Below, piece by piece: positions 1 to 8,062 of a DNA stretch of 64,000 nucleotides. The notes below the pieces were generated by a model. The model worked only from the letters and a program-made list of their open reading frames with translations, ran no database searches and was not told the origin of the DNA. Numbering within the stretch: the stretch's first letter is position 1; each line of letters starts with the position of its first letter. The stretch is from an uncultured Fibrobacterota bacterium (lineage in GTDB: Bacteria; Fibrobacterota; Chitinivibrionia; Chitinivibrionales; FEN-1185). The stretch is taken from the NCBI GenBank assembly GCA_963729895.1, contig CAVSQB010000030.1:1-64000 (forward strand). The letters are read 5' to 3'. The position numbers were made by a program, and so were the translations under genes.

Positions 1-392
1 TTGTCGGAAGTACTGTCGAATATGAAATCCATTGACCAGCGACGGCTTGGCCGATCCGGCAGCGTCAACGGCATCCGTTGGCTATTGCGTTTCTGACGCC
101 TCCTCCGCTTGCTTTTCTGAAGCGATTCTTCCTTGTAGAGCCGATGCACACGTTTGTGATTTACTATGTACCCAAGGTTGCGGAGATACCAATAAAGCGT
201 CGGAAAGCCCCATGAACGGAACGATGAAATGGTTTCATGCATTTTTGTTTTCAACTCGCTGTTCAAAGCCGATTCCTGCGGTCGATAGCGGTACCCTGCC
301 GGTGTCATACCCAGAAGTCCGCATGCTTTCCGTTGACTCAGGCCTTGCCGCATTAGTGCGTCCACAGTCAGCCTACGCTGAGGACGCTTCAC
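1..392 (-). CDS. IS3-family transposase OrfB, N-terminal part (partial)
   Basis: Manual translation in the -1 frame from the GTG overlapping the OrfA stop: VKRPQRR..SQRKACGLLG..WGFPTLYWYLRNLGYIVNHKRVHRLYKEE..PDRPSRRWSMDFIFD. NHKRVHRLY and WSMDF are IS3 motifs. Not in the ORF track. Confidence 0.88.
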   Translation of the reverse strand, partial: MKRPQRRLTVDALMRQGLSQRKACGLLGMTPAGYRYRPQESALNSELKTKMHETISSFRSWGFPTLYWYLRNLGYIVNHKRVHRLYKEESLQKSKRRRRQKRNSQRMPLTLPDRPSRRWSMDFIFDSTSD

Positions 393-655
393 TATTTTCT
401 TTGCAGCACTTCCTTCATTGCATCGATCTGAAGTGCCTGGTCTGCAACAATCCGCTTGAGCCGGCTGTTTTCGCCCTCGATCTCCTTCATCCTTTTCAGA
501 TCAGAGAGCTCAAGTCCGCTGTATTTGCTCTTCCAACGGAAGTACGTGTTCTCTGAAATACCATATTGACGACAAAGATCAGCGACTTTGGCTCCGCGGT
601 CGCCTTCTTGCAGGATCCGAAAAATCTGCTCTTCACTGTAGCGCTTGCCTTTCAT
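392..655 (-). CDS. IS3-family transposase OrfA (HTH)
   Basis: MKGKRYSEEQIFRILQE..VADLCRQYGISENTYFRWKSKY..ENSRLKRIVAD; AGGAGG RBS upstream. Confidence 0.92.
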   Translation of the reverse strand: MKGKRYSEEQIFRILQEGDRGAKVADLCRQYGISENTYFRWKSKYSGLELSDLKRMKEIEGENSRLKRIVADQALQIDAMKEVLQRK

Positions 656-740
656 GAGTCCTCCTAGTTAGTTTAAAATAACTCGGAAAACTCCCTTCTC
701 AAATGAGCAAGTTTTCGGGGGTATAGCCACGGCCACGAAT

Positions 741-792
741 GACAACCGTGTGCCACTGTCGTCCTCGACAGTGCTCCTGACCGTTTGTTGTC
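741..792. repeat. REP-like palindromic repeat, copy A
   Basis: GACAAC..CACTGTCG-TCCT-CGACAGTG..GTTGTC hairpin; closely similar copy at 2965-3015. Confidence 0.65.
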
Positions 793-834
793 GCCCAGGA
801 ATTAATCAAATTTGTTTCCTGAAGGAGGATCATT

Positions 835-1992
835 CTGACTGTTGAACGTTTCAATATCCGAATTGCTAAAGACGTGCTTGACGATCTGAAATATCGACTT
901 GATCATATCCGCTGGCCCGATCAATTGGAAGATGTAGCTTGGGAACGGGGTACGGAAAAAGGCTATTTGCAGTCGCTCGTTTCGTATTGGCGGGAACAGT
1001 ACGATTGGCGTGCGCAAGAAGCCGAATTGAACCGCTTTTCTCAGTTTTGCTGCACTGTAAATGGTGTAAATGTGCACTTCGTGCACGAGCGCGGCAAAGG
1101 GCCCAATCCTTTACCTATTATCCTTACCCATGGATGGCCGGACAGCTTCATACGCTACAAGAAGATTATCCCGCTTCTTGCAGATCCTGCGCGGCACGGC
1201 GGTGATCCAAATGACGCTTTCGATGTGATCGTCCCTTCCTTGCCGGGCTTTGGATTTTCCGGCAAACCTGCGGTTGGCGGCGTTAACAATTTTACGGTTT
1301 CCGAGCTCTGGGCCAAACTGATGACTGAAGAACTCGGCTACAAGAAATTTGCGGCAGGCGGTGGAGATATGGGCTCGGGCGTCACCAGGTATCTGGCTGC
1401 AACACGCCCCGAACTTCTGGTGGGCATCCACCTCACCGACATAGGGATAATAAGACAGCTCTTAACGGCTCAAGATGATGGAGCGCTTTCCAAAGAAGAA
1501 TTACAATACAAAGCAAACGCCCAAAAATGGATTGCACAGGAAGGTGGATACATATCTCTCCAGTCGACCAAGCCGCAGACGCTCGCCTATGGGCTTTCCG
1601 ATTCACCGGCAGGATTGGCAGCTTGGATTATTGAAAAATTCCGTGCATGGAGTGATTACAAGGGCGAGCTTGACCGGAAATTCGGCAAAGATGAACTGCT
1701 CACCAACATCATGATCTATTGGGTCACAAATACCATAGGCTCCTCTGCACACAGGTATTTTGAAAACACCCATTCGTTGCCGCCATTGGGGCACATTGAT
1801 GTTCCCACGGGCGTGGCACTTTTCCCCTCGGATGTATTGTCACCACCCAGAGAATGGGCGGAGAAAAATCTCAACATATCGCGTTGGACTCAAATGCCTC
1901 GTGGTGGACATTTTGCTGCAATGGAAGAACCGGAACTTTTAGCCGAAGACATTCGAGCATTCTACAGACAATTCAGAACCAAAAAGAAATAG
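835..1992 (+). CDS. Epoxide hydrolase (microsomal EH/EHN alpha-beta hydrolase family)
   Basis: HGWP oxyanion motif, PSLPGFGFS, GGDMG nucleophile Asp, GGHFAAMEEP His. Start placed at the in-frame CTG 835 after AAGGAGG (track start is GTG 874). Confidence 0.9.
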   Translation: MTVERFNIRIAKDVLDDLKYRLDHIRWPDQLEDVAWERGTEKGYLQSLVSYWREQYDWRAQEAELNRFSQFCCTVNGVNVHFVHERGKGPNPLPIILTHGWPDSFIRYKKIIPLLADPARHGGDPNDAFDVIVPSLPGFGFSGKPAVGGVNNFTVSELWAKLMTEELGYKKFAAGGGDMGSGVTRYLAATRPELLVGIHLTDIGIIRQLLTAQDDGALSKEELQYKANAQKWIAQEGGYISLQSTKPQTLAYGLSDSPAGLAAWIIEKFRAWSDYKGELDRKFGKDELLTNIMIYWVTNTIGSSAHRYFENTHSLPPLGHIDVPTGVALFPSDVLSPPREWAEKNLNISRWTQMPRGGHFAAMEEPELLAEDIRAFYRQFRTKKK

Positions 1993-2183
1993 CGGATTTC
2001 CTTTCGTTTGCACGGGTATCCTGTTTGCCCAACAAGAAAGACAACCGCGCGGGGCGCCTTGTCTGACGGAAATCCGGTTTTATTTGCTCATAGTTCTGCG
2101 CGAATGTGCTCTTCTGTCTTGGCGAAAATCATTTTTATTAACAAGAATAATCTTTGGAATCGGAATTGTTGGGCAAATCACCT

Positions 2184-2564
2184 ATGGTGAACATTGAAAA
2201 ACAGATAGATTATTGGCGCAAAGGCGCAGAAGAAGACATGCCTGTGGGCGTCAGGCTTGTTAAAGAAGGCAGCCTGCGTCATGGCCTTTTTTTCATTCAT
2301 CTTGCATTTGAGAAGATCCTGAAGGCTCACGTTTGTCGGAAAACCGGCGCGTTATCGCCGCGGTCTCATAATATTTTCAGACTTTTAGAGTTGTCTGGGT
2401 TGCAGCATTCAAGGGAAGATGCGCTTTTTCTCGCCAATTTGAACAAATACAATATCGAAGGACGTTACCCGGACTCTTATGAGGATTTGCCTGATTCCTC
2501 TGAAGTTAACGATATCATTTCAACGGGCGGAAGGATTTTTCAATGGCTTTGCGACCAGTTATAG
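2184..2564 (+). CDS. HEPN domain protein (putative toxin of a HEPN-MNT pair)
   Basis: W..AEED, FFIHLAFEKILKA, PRSHN, RYPD; overlaps the downstream nucleotidyltransferase. Confidence 0.85.
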   Translation: MVNIEKQIDYWRKGAEEDMPVGVRLVKEGSLRHGLFFIHLAFEKILKAHVCRKTGALSPRSHNIFRLLELSGLQHSREDALFLANLNKYNIEGRYPDSYEDLPDSSEVNDIISTGGRIFQWLCDQL

Positions 2565-2866
2565 AATCGGTACGAGCATATCTTCGGAAGGTAAATGAAA
2601 ACGGAATACCCGTTGCATTTGGGGTTCTTTTCGGCTCTCAGGCGCACGGAACAGCCGATGATCAAAGCGATATCGACCTTCTTGTCGTTTCTCAGCATTT
2701 CGACGGAAAAAAAGACAGGCGTGAGACTTCATTATTATGGCAACTGACGGTAGATACAGATAGCCGGGTCGAGCCCATTCCTGTTGGTGAACGTGAATGG
2801 CTGGAAGATGACTCTCGGGCCATCGTCGAAATTGCCCGTAAGGAAGGCCAAGTCGTCAAGGTTTGA
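2543..2866 (+). CDS. Minimal nucleotidyltransferase (MNT, putative antitoxin)
   Basis: LFGSQAHG..SDIDLLVVS (GSX10DXD). Confidence 0.88.
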   Translation: MALRPVIESVRAYLRKVNENGIPVAFGVLFGSQAHGTADDQSDIDLLVVSQHFDGKKDRRETSLLWQLTVDTDSRVEPIPVGEREWLEDDSRAIVEIARKEGQVVKV

Positions 2867-2964
2867 ATGCCTTAGCCCGCACAATCCCCGCCACGTGGGG
2901 CGGGGTTCTTCAATTCACTGGACAACTGATAACCGGCGCACGGGTGCCCCGTGTGACCAACCCC

Positions 2965-3015
2965 GACAACCGTGTGCCTTTGTCGTCCCGGCAGTGCTCT
3001 TGACCGTTGCTTGTA
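2965..3015. repeat. REP-like palindromic repeat, copy B (degenerate)
   Basis: gacaaccgtgtgcctttgtcgtcccggcagtgctcttgaccgttg aligns with 741-792 with a few substitutions and a 1-nt gap. Confidence 0.6.
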
Positions 3016-3168
3016 ATCCACGATTTGTCATTGCATCATCATTATTTCCACGGCATTCGACTTCAGCTTCTCCGAAATCCCACGCCATCCCACTTCTCAA
3101 ATCCTATTTTCAGATTGATCGTTCAAGGTGGCGCCTTTCCGAAGCCGCAATAGGAGACATCTTCACAA

Positions 3169-3310
3169 ATGCCTCTTCCCGGCTGGCTCAATAAATCCGA
3201 AGCCCTCAAAGCCGCTGCCGCCGCGCCGTTTCGCCTGCTCGACGAAGTGCCCGAACTTTCGTACGGGGATGAGGAAAATGACAACATGCTTATTCAGAGC
3301 GACAGTGCGA
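3169..3310 (+). pseudogene. 5' fragment of a type III R-M Mod-like DNA methyltransferase
   Basis: AGGAG RBS, then MPLPGWLNKSEALKAA..PFRLLDEVPELSYGD..NMLIQSD, resembling the Mod N-terminus (..NLIIQGDNL). Similarity stops there and no DPPY motif follows. Confidence 0.7.
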
Positions 3311-3487
3311 ATTTGGCTTGTAGTGTTTTGTTTTTCATTCGCCATCAGCGACGCCCCCGTGGCCGAAGGATTAGCCGCTCGTGCTGTCCGAGCCCGGCAT
3401 CTTTGTGCAAATTTTACAATTGTCCTGCCGGGTGAATCCCACAGCGAGCGTATAGGCGAGCGACGACAGGTAATGTTTTTTTCCTTA

Positions 3488-4801
3488 GCAGGGTGTTGAA
3501 AAAGTCTCCCTTTTGTAAACATTTATCCTTATATTATAGGGGAACCCCAACCAAGGAGTATTGATGAGAGGTTCCCAGCCAGCCCAAGGCGGTATGTTCA
3601 GCTTCGTTTCTCCGGATTCCCGAGTGCCGGCAACGCACCCGCTTCGTCGTGTCAAACAGTTTACGGACATAGCGCTGCGCCGCCTTTCTCGTGACTTTGA
3701 GGCGATGTACAGCCGGATGGGACGCCCTTCGATACCGCCGGAATGGCTTTTGAAAGCACAGATATTGATGGCTTTGTTTTCGATACGGTCGGACCGGTTG
3801 TTTTGCGAGATGCTGGACTATAACATTCTGTTCCGATGGTTTCTTGACATGGATCTGGATGCGGCATCGTTTGATCATAGTGTGTTTTCGAAGAACCGAG
3901 ATCGACTTATGGAACAGGAGATTGCGCACCGGCTGATGCAGGAAATCGTGCGTCTTGCTCGTTCCGAAGAGTTGTTGTCCGATGAGCATTTCACGGTTGA
4001 CGGCACGTTGATTGAAGCCTGGGCATCGATGAAGAGCTTCAAGCGAAAAGACGCGGAATCGGCGAACAAGACTGACGATGATCGGAGTAATCCGTCGGTT
4101 GATTTCCACCATGAGAAGCGAAGCAATGAGACACATCAGAGTTCGACCGATCCAGAGGCGCTGTTGGCTCGGAAGAACAAGAGAACGGGAGCGCAGCTGG
4201 CGTATTCCGGTCACGTGCTGATGGAAAACCGAAATGGGTTGTGTGTTGATATCGCCATTGCGCCAGCGACGGGGACAGCGGAACGGGATATGGCGCTTGA
4301 GCTGATAAAGCATGAACGCAGGCGCGGAAAACGCCGGATGAAGACGGTGGGTGCAGACAAAGGGTATCATGCAACCGAATTTATCAAGAGCCTGCGACGC
4401 CTGCACGTGAAGCCTCACATTGCCGAGAAGGCCAACACTTCGCTTAAAGGGTTGGATGGAAGAACGACTCGGCATAAGGGATACAGCGTAAGTCAAAGGA
4501 AACGAAAACGGGTTGAAGAGATATTTGGGTGGATCAAGAGCGTCGGTGGCCTGCGGAAAACTCGGGTAAGAGGAATACGAATCAACCAGACTGTTGCCTA
4601 CGTGGTTGCCGCAGCGTACAACTTGATACGCATGGTTAAGTTGATGCCGCAAACGGTGGGGGCAGCATGAGAATGGCCTGGGAATCCGGGGAAATGCCTC
4701 GGAACGAGGCAGGTAAAACCTCTCTGACATATGTAAAGTTGAAGTTAGGTTCATAAAAAATCAACAAGAGCGCTTCTGTTAGGACTATTTCAACAACCTG
4801 C
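3488..4801 (+). mobile_element. IS5-like insertion sequence, apparently complete
   Basis: TIRs GCAGGGTGTTGAAAAAGTC (3488-3506) and, reverse-complemented, GCAGGTTGTTGAAATAGTC (4783-4801), 17/19 identical. TA flanks both sides. One DDE transposase. Confidence 0.9.
3564..4670 (+). CDS. IS5-like DDE transposase (DUF772-type N-terminus)
   Basis: GRPSIPPE, LFRWF, HFTVDGTLIEAWAS, GADKGY, RKRVEEIFGW, AAYNL. Confidence 0.93.
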   Translation: MRGSQPAQGGMFSFVSPDSRVPATHPLRRVKQFTDIALRRLSRDFEAMYSRMGRPSIPPEWLLKAQILMALFSIRSDRLFCEMLDYNILFRWFLDMDLDAASFDHSVFSKNRDRLMEQEIAHRLMQEIVRLARSEELLSDEHFTVDGTLIEAWASMKSFKRKDAESANKTDDDRSNPSVDFHHEKRSNETHQSSTDPEALLARKNKRTGAQLAYSGHVLMENRNGLCVDIAIAPATGTAERDMALELIKHERRRGKRRMKTVGADKGYHATEFIKSLRRLHVKPHIAEKANTSLKGLDGRTTRHKGYSVSQRKRKRVEEIFGWIKSVGGLRKTRVRGIRINQTVAYVVAAAYNLIRMVKLMPQTVGAA

Positions 4802-4835
4802 TAGGTCGCGGAAATTCGGGAATGAGTTCATGGCG

Positions 4836-5159
4836 CTAGGATTTCTTGTGCGGGACCTTTGGCTTCCGGGCGCCAAGTTGGGCAAGCAGCTCCAGGTGCT
4901 TCTCGGAACGCGCCACCGCTTCGTAGAACAGAACAAGCGGTGCAATCACGTTCTTTCTGCCGGTCAAGACGAAATGCCTGGTCTTCTCAATTTCGATTTC
5001 CCGGGGATTCCCGTCGTATGCGGTGAGATATTTGATGAGAACGGCGCAAAATAACTTGGTTTCTTCCGGGGTCAACCTTCTCTTCTCGAGTTCGGCGGTA
5101 AATTTGCCGAGCCACAACTCCCGCCAGTCTTGAGAAGAGGTGATTTTCCTGTACTCCAT
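4836..5159 (-). CDS. Hypothetical protein, possibly like the N-terminal core-binding domain of an integrase
   Basis: 107-aa ATG ORF with helical character (NPREI..LVLFYE); the domain guess is weak. Confidence 0.55.
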   Translation of the reverse strand: MEYRKITSSQDWRELWLGKFTAELEKRRLTPEETKLFCAVLIKYLTAYDGNPREIEIEKTRHFVLTGRKNVIAPLVLFYEAVARSEKHLELLAQLGARKPKVPHKKS

Positions 5160-5196
5160 GATGAAGAGGTCCTTGGTGAATAGGTTTTGGAAACCG

Positions 5197-5439
5197 TTAT
5201 TTGTCGGTATCCTGTGAACGCCGCATCGCGTCGCCCATGCTTGAATCCGCCGTCCTATTGGCTTGTTCGAGCTTTTTTCGGACCGCTTCCGGGACCTGGG
5301 TCATCCTATGTATCGGCGCGCCTTGTCCGGTTTCCAACGATTCCTTGACATCTGCCGGAACCGTGTGCACCCGCAGGAGGTACAAACAGGCGACAATAAC
5401 CGCTCCAATAATGAGAACGATCATCATAAGATTCCGCAT
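5197..5439 (-). CDS. Small hypothetical protein with an N-terminal TM/signal segment
   Basis: GGGGAG RBS, hydrophobic N-terminus, 80 aa. Confidence 0.7.
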   Translation of the reverse strand: MRNLMMIVLIIGAVIVACLYLLRVHTVPADVKESLETGQGAPIHRMTQVPEAVRKKLEQANRTADSSMGDAMRRSQDTDK

Positions 5440-5657
5440 AAACTCCCCTTACCCCGGAAAGTCCGGAAGATACCTGGAAAATAACCTGATTCGTGCGCCC
5501 GTCCGGTAGTTTTTTTTTGCGCAGTCGGCCAAGAACGGAGGTTTGCGCCGAACGGCCGCCGTCGATCGAGGGCGGCGGCGTGCGCATCCTTGTGCTTAAA
5601 CTGTACCATTACCGCCTCATCGGCGGCAAGAATTCCTCAATTTATAGTTTCCGGCGG

Positions 5658-6359
5658 TCATCCGAGGTACGCCTTGGTGAGTTCCGCGTTTGCTGCAATC
5701 TGGGCGCTTGTTCCGCTTGCAAGAATTCTTCCATTTTCAAGCACATATCCTCGGTGAGAGTATGCAAGGGCCATGGCGGCGTTCTGTTCCACCAGGAGAA
5801 TGGTTTTCCCCTTTTTGTTGATTTGGGCGACAATAGAGAACACATTCTTGACATACATAGGGGAAAGGCCCATGGACGGCTCGTCGAGGACGAAAAGGCT
5901 GCCGTCCGCGACAAGGGCGCGTCCGATGGCAAGCATCTGCTGCTCGCCGCCCGAAAGGGTGGAGGCAAGCTGGCGCCGCCTCCGGCCCAAGACCGGGAAC
6001 AGTTCGAAAACGGTCTTCATAAGAGGTGCAGCCGCCCCGCGTCCGGAGAACGTTGCAAGGGTGAGGTTTTCGAGGACCGTGAGATTGCCGAACAGTCCTC
6101 TGCCTTCGGGCACGTGTGAGATTCCCCTTTTCGCAACAACATGCGGCTTGCAGGGAAGAATATTTTCCCCTGCATAGGTAATGGAGCCGGACAGTACGGG
6201 AATAAGCCGCGATACCGCGCGAAGCAGGGTGGATTTTCCCGCCCCGTTTGCGCCCAGCAGGCATACGATTTCTCCTTCGTCAACATAGAGCGACACGCCG
6301 TGGAGAATGGTGACCTGCCCGTAGCCGGCAACCACATTGTCAATTGACAGAAGATGCAT
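5658..6359 (-). CDS. livF: Branched-chain amino acid ABC transporter ATPase
   Basis: GANGAGKS, HVPEGR, LSGGEQQMLAIGRAL, DEPSMGL; start trimmed to ATG 6359. Confidence 0.93.
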   Translation of the reverse strand: MHLLSIDNVVAGYGQVTILHGVSLYVDEGEIVCLLGANGAGKSTLLRAVSRLIPVLSGSITYAGENILPCKPHVVAKRGISHVPEGRGLFGNLTVLENLTLATFSGRGAAAPLMKTVFELFPVLGRRRRQLASTLSGGEQQMLAIGRALVADGSLFVLDEPSMGLSPMYVKNVFSIVAQINKKGKTILLVEQNAAMALAYSHRGYVLENGRILASGTSAQIAANAELTKAYLG

Positions 6360-7125
6360 CGTTCTCTCCGAAATAGGCGCGGACCACGGTCGGGTCGCCG
6401 GCAAGGTCGGCGGGTTTGCCCTCAAAGATCGTCTCGCCGAAATTGAGCACCTTTACGCGGTCGCACAGTTTCATCACGAGCTGCATCCTGTGTTCTATGA
6501 GAACGATGGCCACCCCGTATTCCCGTTTCATTCTGAGGATGAGGTGGGCCAGGCCGTCAAGCTCTGACGGGTTCATTCCAGCCCCCGGTTCGTCGAGCAG
6601 CAGCACGCACGGACCGTTCACCAGCGCACGGGCAAGCTCCACCCTTCTCTGCATGCCGTACGGCAGCGATGCCGCAGTGTCGTTTTGGCGGCCGGCAAGC
6701 CCGAATTCACCCAGCAGGGTTGCGGCCCGGGCCGTGAGGTCGCGCTCCATGCGGCCGAATGTTGCGGTGCGTGCGAGCGCGCTTACCAACGAGTAGGTAA
6801 GACGGGAATACGCGGCGGTTTTCACGTTGTCGAGAACGGTCATCGATTTGAAGAGCCGTATGTTCTGGAACGTCCGGCTTATTCCCCTCGACGCGATGGC
6901 GTGCGAGGGCAGGCCCGCAATGTTTTCCCCGTTGAGTATGACCGCGCCGCTGTCGGGCTTGTAAACGCCGGTGACCAGATTGAACACCGTGGTTTTGCCT
7001 GCGCCGTTGGGCCCGATGATGCCCCAGACCGTATCGGGTTCCACGGACAGACAAAACGACCGTACGGCCGAAAGTCCTCCAAAAGAATGGGACAAATTGT
7101 CCACCCGCAAGATCGGTGCGCTCAC
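6340..7125 (-). CDS. livG: Branched-chain amino acid ABC transporter ATPase
   Basis: GPNGAGKT, RTFQNIRLF, LPYGMQRRVELARAL, DEPGAG; GTG start overlaps the livM stop (GTGA). Confidence 0.93.
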   Translation of the reverse strand: MSAPILRVDNLSHSFGGLSAVRSFCLSVEPDTVWGIIGPNGAGKTTVFNLVTGVYKPDSGAVILNGENIAGLPSHAIASRGISRTFQNIRLFKSMTVLDNVKTAAYSRLTYSLVSALARTATFGRMERDLTARAATLLGEFGLAGRQNDTAASLPYGMQRRVELARALVNGPCVLLLDEPGAGMNPSELDGLAHLILRMKREYGVAIVLIEHRMQLVMKLCDRVKVLNFGETIFEGKPADLAGDPTVVRAYFGENDASSVN

Positions 7126-8060
7126 GTGTCCCTCCCGGCCTTCCTGGGAACAAACCAGCCCAGTTCCTTTCCCCCCATCATCCCCAGCGGCCGGTAGATC
7201 ATCAGGACAATGAGGGCCACCGGCGCAACCACAAAGCGCCATATTCCCAGGAACCGCAACAGTTCCAGAGCCACGGTCCACACCGACGCCCCCAGGATCG
7301 AGCCCGCAAGCGAGCCGCTGCCGCCCAGGTAGAGCATAAGCAGGATATCGGTCGATTTCACAAGAGAGAATGTCCGCGGGTTGATAAACTGGATAAGGTG
7401 CGCAAACAAGCCGCCCGCAATGCCCGCGAAGAACGACGAGATCACGAAGGCGAGAATCTTCACCTGGCCGGTGTTCACCGACAGGAGGTTTGCCGCCACC
7501 TCGTCGTCGCGCACCGCGATAATACCCCTGCCGAACCTGCTGTACACCACGTTGCGGATCACCGCAACGGAGAGAACGGTGCATGCAAACACCCACGAGA
7601 GGTTCGTGTATTTCCGGATGCCGTAGAACCCCTGCGGCCCGCCGAACCACGGCAGGTTGTCGAATGCGCTTTTGATGATCATGAGCAGCGCCAGGGTGAT
7701 GATCGCCAGGTAGTCGTCGCGGGCCTTGAATGCGGGAACGGCCACCAGAAGCCCCACGAGGCCCGCAGCCGTCCCGCCGATCACGAGCGACACGGGGAAG
7801 AACAGCGGATGCTGCGGAAAAATCGACACGGAACAAAACGACGCGGCGTACGCGCCGACGGCCATGAAGCCCGCGTGGCCGACGGAGAATTCCCCCATGT
7901 AGCCGTTGACGAGATTGAGGCTGGCGGTAAGGATGATGTTGATGCCGATGTACAGGATGATCTGCGCGACATACGGGTCAAGACAACCCGTGATGTCGAT
8001 GGTCACGCATACCGCAAGGCCGGCAACAAACGCCGCAAGAAAAGGATGGCTCCGGATCAC
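7122..8060 (-). CDS. livM: Branched-chain amino acid ABC transporter permease
   Basis: LNLVNGYMGEFSVGHAGF, DYLAIITL, GRGIIAVRDDE. Confidence 0.9.
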   Translation of the reverse strand: MIRSHPFLAAFVAGLAVCVTIDITGCLDPYVAQIILYIGINIILTASLNLVNGYMGEFSVGHAGFMAVGAYAASFCSVSIFPQHPLFFPVSLVIGGTAAGLVGLLVAVPAFKARDDYLAIITLALLMIIKSAFDNLPWFGGPQGFYGIRKYTNLSWVFACTVLSVAVIRNVVYSRFGRGIIAVRDDEVAANLLSVNTGQVKILAFVISSFFAGIAGGLFAHLIQFINPRTFSLVKSTDILLMLYLGGSGSLAGSILGASVWTVALELLRFLGIWRFVVAPVALIVLMIYRPLGMMGGKELGWFVPRKAGRDT

Positions 8061-8062
8061 GC

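Larger units (their letters stand above)
1..729 (-). mobile_element. IS3-family insertion sequence (IS407-like), left part; runs off the window start
   Basis: OrfA plus overlapping OrfB on the minus strand. Minus-strand end TGGCTATACCCCCGAAAAC starting at 729 has the 5'-TG typical of IS3 ends. The other end is outside the window, so this boundary is inferred. Confidence 0.85.

Noticed and set aside
32..556. 174-aa plus-strand ORF
   Set aside because: Antisense shadow of IS3 OrfA/OrfB with no recognisable motifs.
3534..4754. 406-aa antisense ORF across the transposase (likewise 41376-42566)
   Set aside because: Both are in exact codon register with the sense gene, so they stay open whenever TTA, CTA and TCA codons are avoided; no protein-like features.
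741..5159. Complete integron
   Set aside because: No catalytic IntI or attI. The repeats at 741 and 2965 do not fit GTTRRRY or L-box pairing. The integrase-like ORF is convergent with the putative cassettes.
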